Source: Anaeromyxobacter sp. (GTDB taxonomy: Bacteria > Myxococcota > Myxococcia > Myxococcales > Anaeromyxobacteraceae). From it: a DNA stretch of 64,000 nucleotides. Position 1 is the first letter of the stretch; every line of letters begins with the position of its first letter. Shown here in pieces: positions 42,520 to 54,675 of this stretch. Under the pieces are notes generated by a model, which did no database searches, was not told where the DNA came from, and saw only the letters and a program-made list of their open reading frames with translations. Location of the stretch: contig JASGJN010000013.1 in assembly GCA_049840735.1 (NCBI GenBank), forward strand, positions 352,001-416,000, written 5' to 3'. A program made the translations under genes and the position numbers.

Positions 42520-45078
42520 TCAGCGCCGCGCGCCGGCCCCGGCCTGGCGCGCCCGCAGCCGCTCCAGCACCGTCAGGAGATCGGGCTTCTCCGCCAGCAC
42601 GGGGCGGAGCGGGTCGTCGCCCAGCCGCGCCGCGCGCGCCGGGACGCTGCGGATGGTGAAGCGGGCCGGGTCGAGCCGCGGCCCCACCTCGCTCCAGCGC
42701 AGCGGCGTCGAGACCGGCGCGCCCGGGCGCGGCCGCACCGTGTAGGGGGCGGCGATGCTCTTGCCCAAGCCGTTCTGCAGGTAATCGAGGTAGACCCGCC
42801 CGCCGCGCGCCGGGAGGGCGCGCGCGGTGGTGGCGATGTCCGGGTGCTCCGCCTCGACCACGCGGCAGAGCAGCTCGCCCAGCGTGCGCGCCTGGGCGTG
42901 GGTGAGCTGGCGGCCCAGCGGCAGCAGCACGTGGAGCCCGCGCTGGCCGGTGGTCTTGGGGAAGCTGGGCAGCCCCAGCTCGTCGCAGAGCGCGTGCACC
43001 GCCCTGGCCAGCTTCACCACGTGGGCGAACGGCGCCTCCTTGGGATCGAGGTCCACGATGCACCAGTCCGGCTGCTCCAGCGCACCGGCCCGCCCGGCCA
43101 GCACGTGGATGGGGATGGTGCCCAGGTTGACCAGCCAGGCCAGCCCGTCGGCGTCGTCCACCAGGAAGTGCTCCAGGTCGCGGTCCGACTCGCCGGCGTG
43201 GAGCGTGACCGTCCGGAGCCAGGGCGGCCGCCACTTCGGCGCGTCCTTCTGGAAGAAGCTCTTGCCCTCGATGCCGTCCGGATAGCGCGTCAGCACCAGC
43301 GGCCGGTCGGCCAGGAAGGGCAGCATCCAGGGGGCGATGGCCCGGTGGTAGGCCACCGAATCCCCCTTGGTGATCCCCTCGCCGGGGAAGAAGACCTTCT
43401 CCGGGTGGGAGATGCGCACCTCGCGCGGCTCATCCCTCGCCGGCGGCGGCGCGGGCGGCGCCGGGCCGGGGTCGGTCCGGCCGGCCGGCTCGCGCGCCGT
43501 CTCCTCCACCCGCTTGTCTTCGCGCACCCGCAGGAAGACCGGCTGGCGCAGCAGCCCGTCCGCGGTCCACTCGGTGAACCGCACCTCCACCACCAGCTCC
43601 GGCTCCACCCAGGTCAGCCCGCGCGTGCGCGGCACCGGGCCGCCGCAGGGGGGCGTGCGGCGGGCCCGCGGCGCGAGCCGGGCGTGCAGCGCCGTGAGCT
43701 GCGCCTCGGTGAAGCCCGAGCCCACCTGGCCGGCGAAGGTCAGCGCCGGCTTCCCCGGGCCGTCGCCGGGCTCCGCGGCCGCCAGCAGCAGCGCCCCGAA
43801 ACGGCTGCGACCGCCGCCCGGACGCGTGAACCCCACCACCGCCAGGTCGGCCGTGCAGGCCACCCGGACCTTGAGCCAGGCCGGCGAGCGGCCGGCGCGG
43901 TAGGGCGCGTCGAGCCGCTTGGCCACGATTCCCTCCAGCCCGCGCCGCTCCACCTCCTCGAACAGCGCCCTCCCCTGCCCCAGCACGTGGTCGGCGAAGC
44001 GGATGGGGCCGAGCCGCGGGGCCACCTCGGCCAGCAGCCGCTTGCGCTCGCCCAGCGGCAGGTCGCGCAGGTCGCGCCCGCCCAGCCAGGGCAGGTCGAA
44101 GGCGTAGAAGGTGGCCGGCCGCTCCAGCGCGGCGCGCGCCACGTCCTCGCGCTGCGAGAGCTGCCCGCGCCCCTGGATGGCCTGGAAGGACGGGCGGCCG
44201 TCGGGTCCGGTCACCACCACCTCGCCGTCCAGCGCCGCGTCCACCGGCAGGCGCGAGAGCGCCAGCGCCACCTCCGGGAAGAGCGCGGTGGCGTCGGCGC
44301 CGCTGCGGTAGCGGAGCGACACCTCCGCGCCCGACCGGCGCGCCAGCAGCCGGTAGCCGTCGTACTTGAGCTCGAAGAGCCAGCCCTGGCCGTCGAAGGG
44401 GGCGTCGCGCCGTTCCGCCAGCATGGGCGCGAGCTCGCGCGCGCCGGGCGCCCGCGCCGGCGCCCCCAGCCGCACCGCCTCCGCGACCGCGGCCTCGGCG
44501 CGCCCGGTGCCGGCCGCCACCTCTTCCAGCGTCCGGCCGGACAGGACCGAGGTCTCGTCCAGCGCCCCGGCGCGCCCGGCCCAGGCGTCGCCGCGGTGCT
44601 TGAGCAGCAGCCACTGCCGCTTCCCGCCCTCCACCTGCCGCGTCCGCACCAGCGTCCACTCGCCCTGCAGCTTGTGGCCCAGCAGCTGGAACACCAGCTT
44701 GCCCTCGGCCAGCCCCGCCTCCGGATCGCCCACCGGCAGCCACGCACCGCGGTCCCAGACGATCACCGCGCCGGCGCCGTAGTTGCCGGCGGGGATGATC
44801 CCTTCGAAGTTGGCGTACTCGACCGGGTGGTCCTCCACCTCGACCGCCATCCGCTTCTCGGCGGGGTCGTAGGAGGGCCCCTTCGGGACGGCCCAGCTGC
44901 GCAGCGTGCCGCCCAGCTCCAGCCGGAAATCCCAGTGGAGCCGGCGCGCCGCGTGCTTCTGGATCACGAAGGAGCGCAGCCGCGCGTCCGGTCGGACGGC
45001 TGGACGCGCCGCGCCGAACGGCTCGGGGGTCCGCTGCGGATCGCGCATGGCGCGATATCGGTCCAGCCGATCGACCAA
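42520..45078 (-). CDS. ligD: NHEJ DNA ligase D (phosphoesterase-ligase-polymerase)
   Basis: FVIQKHAARRLHWDFRLE, ELKYDGYR, RYPDGIEGKSFFQK, DLDP, YLDYLQN; start approximate. Confidence 0.95.
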   Translation of the reverse strand: MVDRLDRYRAMRDPQRTPEPFGAARPAVRPDARLRSFVIQKHAARRLHWDFRLELGGTLRSWAVPKGPSYDPAEKRMAVEVEDHPVEYANFEGIIPAGNYGAGAVIVWDRGAWLPVGDPEAGLAEGKLVFQLLGHKLQGEWTLVRTRQVEGGKRQWLLLKHRGDAWAGRAGALDETSVLSGRTLEEVAAGTGRAEAAVAEAVRLGAPARAPGARELAPMLAERRDAPFDGQGWLFELKYDGYRLLARRSGAEVSLRYRSGADATALFPEVALALSRLPVDAALDGEVVVTGPDGRPSFQAIQGRGQLSQREDVARAALERPATFYAFDLPWLGGRDLRDLPLGERKRLLAEVAPRLGPIRFADHVLGQGRALFEEVERRGLEGIVAKRLDAPYRAGRSPAWLKVRVACTADLAVVGFTRPGGGRSRFGALLLAAAEPGDGPGKPALTFAGQVGSGFTEAQLTALHARLAPRARRTPPCGGPVPRTRGLTWVEPELVVEVRFTEWTADGLLRQPVFLRVREDKRVEETAREPAGRTDPGPAPPAPPPARDEPREVRISHPEKVFFPGEGITKGDSVAYHRAIAPWMLPFLADRPLVLTRYPDGIEGKSFFQKDAPKWRPPWLRTVTLHAGESDRDLEHFLVDDADGLAWLVNLGTIPIHVLAGRAGALEQPDWCIVDLDPKEAPFAHVVKLARAVHALCDELGLPSFPKTTGQRGLHVLLPLGRQLTHAQARTLGELLCRVVEAEHPDIATTARALPARGGRVYLDYLQNGLGKSIAAPYTVRPRPGAPVSTPLRWSEVGPRLDPARFTIRSVPARAARLGDDPLRPVLAEKPDLLTVLERLRARQAGAGARR

Positions 45079-45120
45079 GGTCAGCCTGCCAGGGAGCCTG
45101 CCCCTCCCTATAACCTGCGC

Positions 45121-46038
45121 ATGGCCCCGCGCTCGATCGCCACCGGCACCGTCAGCTTCGGGCTGGTCTCCATCCCGGTCCGGCTCTACGCCGCCACGCA
45201 GCCCTCGGCGGCCGTCTCCTTCAACCTGCTGCACGCCAAGGACGGCGCGCGGCTCAAGCAGCAGTACGTCTGCGCGCTCGACGGCGAGAAGGTGGAGCGC
45301 GAGGACATGGTGAAGGGGTACGAGTTCGCCAAGGACCGCTACGTCACCTTCACGACCGAGGAGCTCAAGGCGCTCGACGAGCTGGCCACGCAGACCATCG
45401 ACATCGCCGAGTTCGTGCCGGCCGGCGAGGTGGACCCGGTCTACTTCGACCGCGCCTACCACCTGGGCCCGGACAAGGGCGGCGCCAAGGCCTACCGGCT
45501 GCTGGCCGAGGCGCTCCGGCTCTCCGGCAAGGCGGCGCTGGCGCGCTACGCGGCGCGCGGCAAGCAGTACCTGGTGCTGCTCCGCCCGGCCGCCGGGGCC
45601 CGGCTGGTCATGCAGCAGCTGCTCTACGCCGACGAGGTCCGCTCGCCGGAGGAGATCCCGGTCGAGCAGGTGGAGCTGAAGGAGCCCGAGGTGCAGCTGG
45701 CCCTGGCGCTGATCGAGCAGTCCGGCTCGGCCGGCTTCCACCCGGAGCGCTACGAGGACGCGGTGCGCAAGCGCGTGCTGGAGGCCATCGAGCGCAAGGT
45801 GGAGGGGCAGGAGATCCAGGCCGCGGCGCCGGCCGGGGCGCCGGCGCAGGTGATCGACCTGATGGAGGCGCTCAAGGCCAGCCTGGCCGCCGCCGGCGGC
45901 GCCCCGCCGGCCACCGGTCCCGCCGAGCCCGCCGCCGGGCCCGTAGCCGCCGAGCCCCCCGCCCCGGCGCGCAAGCCGCCGCGCCGGGCGCCGGCGCGCG
46001 AGCCTGGCCGGCCTGCGCGCGCCACTTCCAAGAAGTGA
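45121..46038 (+). CDS. ku: NHEJ Ku protein
   Basis: SFGLVSIPVRLY, VKGYE, VDPVYFDRAY, VIDLMEALKASL, basic tail. Confidence 0.95.
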   Translation: MAPRSIATGTVSFGLVSIPVRLYAATQPSAAVSFNLLHAKDGARLKQQYVCALDGEKVEREDMVKGYEFAKDRYVTFTTEELKALDELATQTIDIAEFVPAGEVDPVYFDRAYHLGPDKGGAKAYRLLAEALRLSGKAALARYAARGKQYLVLLRPAAGARLVMQQLLYADEVRSPEEIPVEQVELKEPEVQLALALIEQSGSAGFHPERYEDAVRKRVLEAIERKVEGQEIQAAAPAGAPAQVIDLMEALKASLAAAGGAPPATGPAEPAAGPVAAEPPAPARKPPRRAPAREPGRPARATSKK

Positions 46039-46889
46039 GCGGCCGTGCCAACCTGCGCCACGTGACGTGGGGGTATCGCACGCAGGACGTGGCCCGCATG
46101 CTGGGGCTGCGCGAGGCGGAGGTCCGGCGCTTCGCGCGCGCCGGCTTCGTCACGCCCGGCCGCGGGCCTCGCAACGCCCTGCGCTTCTCGTTCCAGGACC
46201 TGGTGCTGCTCCGGGCCGCCGCCGGCCTGGTGCAGGCGCGCATCCCGCCGGCCCGCGTCCGCCGCGCCCTGCGCCGGCTCCGGGCGCAGCTCCCCGCCGG
46301 CCGGCCACTGGCCTCGGTGCAGGTGGCGGCGGAGGGCGACCAGGTGGTGGTGCGCGACGCCGGCGCGCGCTGGAAGCCCGACACCGGCCAGCAGCTGTTC
46401 GACTTCGAGGTCCGCGACCTGGCGCTGCAGGTGGCGCCGCTGGTCCGCGCCGCCGCGACCGCCAGCGCCCCCGCGCCCCTCGACGCCGAGGGCTGGTACG
46501 CCTGGGCCTGCGATCTGGAGGGCGAGGCGCCGGACGAGGCGGTGGCCGCCTACCGCGAGGCGCTGGCCGTGGACGATAGGCACGGCGGCGCCCACCTCAA
46601 CCTGGGCCGGCTGCTGCACGAGGGGGGCGACCCGCGCGCCGCCGAGCTGCACTACCGGCGCGCCCTGGAGGACCCGGCCCACCGGGCCCTGGCGGCCTTC
46701 AACCTGGGCGTGGCGCTGGAGGACCAGGGGCTCGAGGACGAGGCGCTGCTGGCCTACGCGCGCGCCATCGAGGCCGACCCGGCGCTCCCCGAGGCCCACC
46801 ACAACCTGGCCAGGCTGCTGGAGCGCATGGGCCGGCGGGCCGACGCGCTCCGGCACCTGGCGACCTACCGGCGGCTGACGCGGGCCTGA
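46035..46889 (+). CDS. MerR-like HTH + TPR protein
   Basis: YRTQDVARMLGL...RFSFQDLVLLR; TPRs AHLNLGRL, AAFNLGVAL, AHHNLARL; alternative GTG at 46062. Confidence 0.85.
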   Translation: MSGRANLRHVTWGYRTQDVARMLGLREAEVRRFARAGFVTPGRGPRNALRFSFQDLVLLRAAAGLVQARIPPARVRRALRRLRAQLPAGRPLASVQVAAEGDQVVVRDAGARWKPDTGQQLFDFEVRDLALQVAPLVRAAATASAPAPLDAEGWYAWACDLEGEAPDEAVAAYREALAVDDRHGGAHLNLGRLLHEGGDPRAAELHYRRALEDPAHRALAAFNLGVALEDQGLEDEALLAYARAIEADPALPEAHHNLARLLERMGRRADALRHLATYRRLTRA

Positions 46890-46900
46890 GGGGCGGGCGC

Positions 46901-47632
46901 CTACTTCTTGCTGCCCGGCCAGGGCGCCGGCACCTTGTGCGCGGGCGTGCGGGCCTGGGCGGACTTGCCGCTGGCGTTGGTGGCCGAGCCGGAGTCGAGC
47001 GCCACCTTGGCCTGGCGGGCGCTGGCGAGCCCGTCCTCCATCACGTTCTCGATGTTGTCGAGCCAGCCCTTGAGCGCCGCGTCCTTTCCCGACTGCGAGT
47101 CGCGCATCTTCTTGAGCAGGTTCTCGTCCTGCTCGTAGTCGTGGATCACCAGCGACGTGTAGGCCTTGTCGAAGTCCCGCCCCTGCTTGCTGCGGAGCTG
47201 GTCCACGGCGGCCTTGGACTGCGCCTGCGCCTCGGCGGTGGGCGCCGCCAGCTCGTCGATGCCGCGCTCCTTCGCGATCTGCGCCATCTGCACGCTGACC
47301 TGGGTCCGGTCGTTGTTCACCTTCTGCGAGAGCTGCCGGACCTCGTTGGTCACCGCCTGCTGCATGGCCAGCTGCGCGGCGCCCAGCTGCCCATGGTTGC
47401 GGGCGTGCAGGAACATGAGCTGGTGGCGCAGCTCCAGGCTGATGGCGCCGGTGGTCCCGCCGCCCGGTGTCGCGCCGGGCGAGGCAGGCGCCGGCGCGGG
47501 CGACGTGGGGGTGGGCGAGCCGGGGTCCTTCGGCGCGGGGAAGCCGGGCGGCGTCTGCGCGGCGGCGTTCCCGGCCAAGGCCAGGAGCGCGGCCGCGAAG
47601 GCAGCCAGCCGGAAGGTCGTCTGTGCGGTCAT
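46901..47632 (-). CDS. secreted DUF4142-family protein
   Basis: Signal peptide; LRSKQGRDFDKAY helical domain; GAGGAG RBS. Confidence 0.75.
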   Translation of the reverse strand: MTAQTTFRLAAFAAALLALAGNAAAQTPPGFPAPKDPGSPTPTSPAPAPASPGATPGGGTTGAISLELRHQLMFLHARNHGQLGAAQLAMQQAVTNEVRQLSQKVNNDRTQVSVQMAQIAKERGIDELAAPTAEAQAQSKAAVDQLRSKQGRDFDKAYTSLVIHDYEQDENLLKKMRDSQSGKDAALKGWLDNIENVMEDGLASARQAKVALDSGSATNASGKSAQARTPAHKVPAPWPGSKK

Positions 47633-47717
47633 GTCGCTCTCCTCCTCTGTGCCCAAAAGATGCGCCCGCGGCGATGCCGGGGCATCACCGCGGGCGCGAG
47701 GAGGCGAGGGATGGCCG

Positions 47718-48729
47718 CTAGGTCGTGGGTCGGGGCGGCCGGGGGACGCCCGGCTGCGCCGGGCGCGCGGCGGGCGCCGCGGGCAGCGCGCTGTTCCGCG
47801 CCGGGTCCACCCCGCGCAGCACGTTCATGGCCGAGGCGACCATGGAGCCCACGTCGGAGAGCGTGGCCGGCAGGATGACCGTGTTGTTCACCTTGGCCAG
47901 GTGGCCGAACTGCTCCACGTACTTCTCGGCCACGCGCAGCTGGACGGCCTCCACGCCGCCCTCCGCGTTGATGGCCTCGGCCACCTTGTGGAGCCCCTGC
48001 GCGGTGGCGTCGGCGATGGCCAGGATGGCCTGCGCCTGGCCCTCGGCCTCGTTGATCTGCCGCTGCCGGGCCGCCTCGGACTCCTTGATGACCTGCTGCT
48101 TCTTGCCCTCGGCGGTGTTGATGGCCGCGTCGCGCTCGCCCTCGGAGGTGAGGATCACCGCGCGCTTCTCCCGCTCGGCCCGCATCTGCTTCTCCATGGC
48201 GGCCAGCACGTCCTGCGGCGGGGTGATGTTCTTGATCTCGTAGCGCAGCACCTTCACGCCCCAGGGGCCGGTGGCCTTGTCCAGCTCGGCCACCACCATG
48301 CTGTTGACGTGCGAGCGCTCCTCGAAGGTCCGGTCGAGGTCGATCTTGCCGATCTCGGAGCGGAGCGCGGTCTGCGCCAGCTGCGTGATGGCGTAGTAGT
48401 AGTCGTTGATGCCGTAGGACGCGCGCTGCGCGTCGAGCACCTTGAGGTAGAGGATCCCGTCCACCGCCACCTGGACGTTGTCCTTGGTGATGCAGAATCT
48501 GCTCCGGGATGTCGATGGCCTGCTCCTTGAGCGTGTGCCGGTAGCGGATCACGTCGAAGAACGGGACCAGGATGTGGAACCCGGCGTCGAGCACGGCGTT
48601 GAAGCGCCCCAGGCGCTCCACCACGAACGCGTTCTGCTGCGGGACCACCACCGCGATCTTGACCACCACGACCAGGGCGAACACCGCGACCAGGACGGCC
48701 ACGACGAGCCCGATGCTGAGCGTCTCCAT
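47718..48729 (-). CDS. SPFH/band 7 (QmcA/paraslipin-like) protein (frameshift near 48497)
   Basis: VVERLGRF, ITKDNVQVAVDG, EKQMRAEREKRA. Confidence 0.92.
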
Positions 48730-48754
48730 CTGCGTCTCTCCCCTTCCGCGCGCC

Positions 48755-49178
48755 TCAGGCGGCGCGCACCCACAGGACCAGCCCGTCCACCCGCTCGACC
48801 GTGCAGCGCTGCCCGGCCCTCAGCGGCGCGCCCGTGGGCTCCCGGGCGCTCCAGGGGGCACCCCGCAGCTCCGCCCTGGCCTCGCCCCCGGCGGCCAGAA
48901 TCCTCCAGCATCACCACCTCCTGGCCCACCAGCGAGTCCACCGGGACCCGGGGACCGGACTGCAGCCGGGCCTGCAGCCGCTGGCGCAGCGTCACCAGCA
49001 GCACCACCGAGACCAGCGTGACGACCAGCCACTGCACCGTGGGCGGCACGTCCAGCGCGGCCAGCAGCGCCCCGGCCAGCGCGCCCACGCCGAAGAAGAG
49101 CGCGAACAGCCCACCGGGCGTGACCAGCTCCAGCACCAGCAGCGCGAACGAGACGACGACCCAGAGCCACCAGGCCAT
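48755..49178 (-). CDS. NfeD-family protein (frameshift near 48899)
   Basis: MAWWLW...ELVTPGG, SLVGQ, then ELRGAPWSA...VERVDGLVLWV in shifted frame. Confidence 0.85.
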
Positions 49179-49301
49179 GTAGGACTCCCCCTGTCGCGGT
49201 GATGGTACCACCGCTCACCGCGTCGCGGGCCGCGAAGCGGCGCAGCGCCGCGCCCAATCGGCTTGTGGGCGACGGGTGCGGCGGTCTACGCTCGGTCCCT
49301 C

Positions 49302-49991
49302 ATGCTGCCGCGACTGGAGGGGATCGTGGCTGCCGCGCTCGCCGCCGCGTCCTCGCCGGACCGGCTGGGCGACCGCGCGCGCCAGCTGCTGGAGGACGAG
49401 GACCTCCAGCGCGCGCTGCCGTCCCCGAAGCCGCCGGACGTCCCGCGCCCGTCGAGCTGGGACCTGCACCTCCCGGACTGGCTCGAGGACCTCTTCGACT
49501 TCTCGGTCGAGCCGCTGGCGCTGCTGGTCCGGCTGCTGATCATCGCCGGCGCCGCCGTCCTGGTGGCGCTGCTGGTGGTGGCCATCGCGCGGGCCGCGGC
49601 GCGGCTCGGGCGGCGCCGCCGGGAGGAGCTGGCGCCGGAGGAGGCGCAGGGCCCGGTGGAGATCCCCATCGCCAGCGCGCGGTCGCTGGCCGCCCAGGGG
49701 CGCTGGGACGAGGCCATCCACTCGCTGCTGCTGGAGACGCTGCAGGCCCTCTCGGCCGCGGCGCGGCTCACGCCCTCGCTCACCTCGCGCGAGATCCTGG
49801 CCCAGGTGGCGCTGCCGGACGCCGCCCGGCAGGCGCTGGCCGGCCTGGTCGCGGCGGTGGAAATCTCGCGCTTCGGCGGTGAGCAGCCGGGCCAGGCCGA
49901 GTACCAGGCCTGCCTGGCCCAGTTCCAGGTCTTCCTGGCCCACTACCGCGACGGCGGCCAGGCGGCCCGGGCCGCCAGGAGCGCGGCGTGA
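49302..49991 (+). CDS. DUF4129-domain membrane protein
   Basis: TM then GRWDEAIH, SLTSRE, EISRFGG; first gene of MoxR operon. Confidence 0.75.
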   Translation: MLPRLEGIVAAALAAASSPDRLGDRARQLLEDEDLQRALPSPKPPDVPRPSSWDLHLPDWLEDLFDFSVEPLALLVRLLIIAGAAVLVALLVVAIARAAARLGRRRREELAPEEAQGPVEIPIASARSLAAQGRWDEAIHSLLLETLQALSAAARLTPSLTSREILAQVALPDAARQALAGLVAAVEISRFGGEQPGQAEYQACLAQFQVFLAHYRDGGQAARAARSAA

Positions 49992-51407
49992 GCGGCGGCG
50001 GCGCGTTCAGCCGGCGGGCGGTGGTGGCGCTGGCCGTGGCCGGCGCGCTCTCGCTCGCGGCAGCCTTCGTCCTCGGGACCGTCGGCGACCAGCTGGCGGA
50101 GCCCCTCTCCGCCGCCCCGGACGCCTGGAGCCGCTCCGCGCTGGGCCACCGCGTGCTGCTCCAGCTCCTGCGCGAGGAGGGGCACGAGGTCCACCTCTCG
50201 CGCCACGGCACCGGGCGCAAGGCGGCCGACGGCGCGCTGGTGGCGCTGCTCGAGCCCCGGCAGCTGGAGGCCGGCGACCGCCTGCCGGACGCCACGCTGG
50301 AGGGGATCGCCGCGCAGGCGCACCGGCTGGTGGTGGTCCTGCCCAAGCGGTCCGGCGCGGCCGACCCGCAGCGCCGCGGCTGGCTGCGCGACCACGAGCT
50401 GCTCTCCAACCGGCCGGCGGAGCGGATCCTGTCGCTGCTCGGGCTGGAGGGCGACGTGATCAGGCCGCCGAAGCTGGGCGCCTGGCAGGGCGAGCTGCCC
50501 GCCCCCACCCTGCACGACGCGCAGCTGATCCGCGGCGCCCGGCTGCGCCCGCTGCTCTGGACCGACGAGGGCGTGCTGGTGGGCGAGGCCGAGCTGCTGG
50601 TGACGCCCGCGCCCGCGGGGCAGACCGGCGAGGGCCCCGAGGGCGAGGACGCCTCCGGCCCCGCCGCCGCCCAGGACGACGAGGACGGGGACGGCGAGGA
50701 GGAGGCCGCGGGGGACGAGGCGCCCGAGGCGGCCTCGCCGCCCGACGCGGCCGACGCCGCGGACGAGCCCTTCGCCTCCTGCGACGGGGACGAGCCGGGC
50801 GGCTGCGACGGCGTCCGCCGCGTGCTGGTGGTGGCCGACCCCGACCTGATCGCCCACCACGGCCTCGGGGAGGGGCGCAACGCGGAGATCGCCGTGGGGG
50901 CGCTGCTGCGCCTGGCGCGGCCGGGCGAGGCGGTGGTGGTGGACGAGATCCTGCACGGCCACGAGGCGCAGCCCTCGGTCGCCGCCGAGGTCTTCGCCTT
51001 CCCGCTGGTGCTCACCACGCTGCAGGCGCTGGGCACGGCCCTGCTGCTCTGCGGCGCCGCGGTGGCCGGCTTCGGCCGCCCGCGCCGCGCGGCCGACGGG
51101 CTGGCGCCGGGCAAGACCTTCCTGGTCGAGAACACCGCCGAGCTGCTGCACGCCGGCGGCCACGTGGCCGAGGCCCTGACCGCCTACCTCCGCGCCGCGC
51201 GCGAGGAGGTGCTGGCCCGCGTCCACCCGCCGCCCGGGGAGAGCCCCGACGCCTGGCTGCGCCGCGTCGAGGCCACCCGCGGGCAGGAGGGCGCGCTGGC
51301 CGCGCTGGAGGCCCGGGTCGCGAGGCTGCGGCGCCGCCGCCACGGGCTGGAGCACGAGGCGATCCGGACCGCCAGGGACATTCACCGCTGGAGAGAGGAG
51401 CTGACGG

Positions 51408-51422
<15 letters not shown>
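49988..51422 (+). CDS. DUF4350-like membrane protein with acidic insertion
   Basis: [29 protein letters not shown]; stop restored by removing one G at 51420/51421. Confidence 0.7.
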
Positions 51423-52361
<939 letters not shown>

Positions 52362-52365
<4 letters not shown>

Positions 52366-53674
52366 TCGCTCCCACCCCTCGCGCGGTGGTGCTGGCGGCG
52401 GCCGGGCTCCCGGTGGCGCTCCTGCCGGCGCTCGTCTCCCCGCGCTCTGGGGCGCGTGGCTGGTGCTGGCCTCGCTCACCGCGCTGGCCATCGGGCTGGA
52501 CGTCCTGCTGGCCGTCCCCGGCCGGCACCTGCAGGCGGAGGTGACGCTCCCCGACCGGCTGGCGGTGGGCGATCCCGGCGAGGCGGTGGTGACGCTGCGC
52601 GCGCCGCGGGCCGCGGGGCGCACCGAGGTGCTGCTCGACCTGCACCCCGACCTCGAGCCGCAGCCGGCCGCGGCGGTGCACGTGCCGGGCGGCGAGGGGG
52701 CGCGCCTGGCCATCCCGCTGCTGGCGCGCCGCCGCGGCAAGCCGACGGTGGACGCGCTCTGGGTGCGCTGGACCGGGCCGCTGGGGCTGACCAGCCGGAC
52801 CCGCCGCGTGCACCTGGGGCGCGCCGTGCCGGTGACGCCCAACCTGAAGCCGGTGCGCGCCGCCGCCTTCCGCTACTTCGCCTCGCAGACGGTGGAGGTG
52901 GGGGCCCAGGTGGAGCGGTTCCTGGGCGACGGCTCGGAGTTCGACGCCCTGCGGGAGTACGTGCCCGGGCTCGACCCGCGCGCCATCTCCTGGAAGGCCT
53001 CGGCCCGCCACCGCGAGCTGCTGGTGCAGGAGTTCCGCGCCGAGCGCAACCACCAGGTGGTGCTGGCGCTCGACACCGGCCACCTGATGGCCGAGCCGCT
53101 GGACGGGATCCCGCGCCTCGACCACGCCGTCAGCTCGGCGCTGCTCCTCTCCTACGTCAGCCTGCGCATGGGCGACCGGGTCGGCTTCTACGGCTTCGAC
53201 CGGACCGCGCGCGCCTGGGCCGAGCCGCAGGGCGGCCTGGGCGCCTTCCCGCGGCTGCAGGCCCTCTCGGCCGGGCTCGACTACTCCACCGAGGAGACCA
53301 ACTTCACGCTGGGCCTGACCGAGCTCTCCACCAGGCTGCGGCGGCGCTCGCTGGTGGTGGTCTTCACCGACTTCGTGGACACCGTCACCGCCGAGCTGAT
53401 GCTGGAGAACCTGGGGCGCCTGGCGCGCCGGCAGCTGGTGGTGTTCGTGACCCTGCGCGACCCGGCGCTGGACCGCCTGGCGCTGGCCGGGCCGCGCCGG
53501 CTGGGCGAGGTCTACCGCTCGGTGGTGGCCGCCGACTTCGTGCGCGAGCGCGAGCGGGTGCTGGCCCGGCTGCGCCGGATGGGGATTGCCTGCGTCGAGG
53601 CGGCCCCGGGCCAGCTCTCGGCGCGGCTGGTGAACCGTTACCTGGACATCAAGCGGCGGGAGCTGATCGCGTGA
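52362..53674 (+). CDS. DUF58 (vWA-like) protein (frameshift near 52446)
   Basis: [34 protein letters not shown]. Confidence 0.9.
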
Positions 53675-54675
53675 CCGTCACCCTCAAGAGCGCCACCTTC
53701 CGCACCGAGCGCGAGGGCACCTGGCGCGAGCTGGAGGGGCTGCTCGCGCAGGTGGAGCGCGGCGGCGTGCGCAGCCTGGAGCCGCGCGCGCTGGCGCGCC
53801 TGCCGGTGCTTTACCGCGCCGCCCTCTCCTCGCTCTCCGTGGCGCGGGCCATCTCGCTGGACCGCAACGTGCTCGACTACCTGGAGGCGCTCTGCGGGCG
53901 CGCCTACCTGGTGGTGTACGGCGCCCGGCGCCGGCTCAGCGAGGCGGTGGGGGACTTCTTCGTGCGCCGCTTCCCGGCCGCGGTGCGCGCCCACTGGCCC
54001 CACCTGGCGCTGGCCTTCGGCCTGCTCCTGGCCGGCACCTGGGCCGGCTTCGCCCTGGTGCGCGCCGATCCCGAGCGCTACTACGCCTTCGTCGGCGCCG
54101 GCCTGGCGCAGGGCCGGACGCCCACCGCCAGCACCGAGACGCTCCGCGAGGTGCTCTACCAGCCGCGCGAGACGGCGGAGATGCTGAAGACCTTCGCCAT
54201 GGCGCTCTTCACGCACAACACCAGCGTGGGGCTGGGCGCCTTCGCCCTCGGCTTCGCCGCCGGGCTCCCCACGGTCTGGCTGCTCTTCCAGAACGGCCTG
54301 ATCCTCGGGGCCATGGGGGCGCTGTACCACTCGCGCGGCCTCTCGCCCGACTTCTGGGGCTGGATCCTCCCGCACGGCGTGAGCGAGTTCACCGCCATCG
54401 CGCTTTGCGGCGCGGCCGGGCTGGCCATCGGGCAGGCGCTGGTCTTCCCCGGCCAGGAGGAGCGGCGGGCCGCCCTGGCGCGGCGCGGGCGCGACGCGGG
54501 CGTGCTGGTGGTGGGGGCGGTGGCGCTGTTCCTGGTGGCCGGGCTGATCGAGGGCATCTTCCGGCAGCTGGTCCACGACATGGCCGTGCGCTACACGGTG
54601 GCGGGCGTCACGCTGGTGGGCTGGACGGCCTACTTCGCGCTGGCCGGGCACGCGCGGCGGGAGCGCCGGCCGTGA
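53671..54675 (+). CDS. SpoIIM/DUF95 family membrane protein
   Basis: FTHNT, NGLILG, ILPHGVSE, AGLIEG. Confidence 0.88.
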   Translation: MTVTLKSATFRTEREGTWRELEGLLAQVERGGVRSLEPRALARLPVLYRAALSSLSVARAISLDRNVLDYLEALCGRAYLVVYGARRRLSEAVGDFFVRRFPAAVRAHWPHLALAFGLLLAGTWAGFALVRADPERYYAFVGAGLAQGRTPTASTETLREVLYQPRETAEMLKTFAMALFTHNTSVGLGAFALGFAAGLPTVWLLFQNGLILGAMGALYHSRGLSPDFWGWILPHGVSEFTAIALCGAAGLAIGQALVFPGQEERRAALARRGRDAGVLVVGAVALFLVAGLIEGIFRQLVHDMAVRYTVAGVTLVGWTAYFALAGHARRERRP

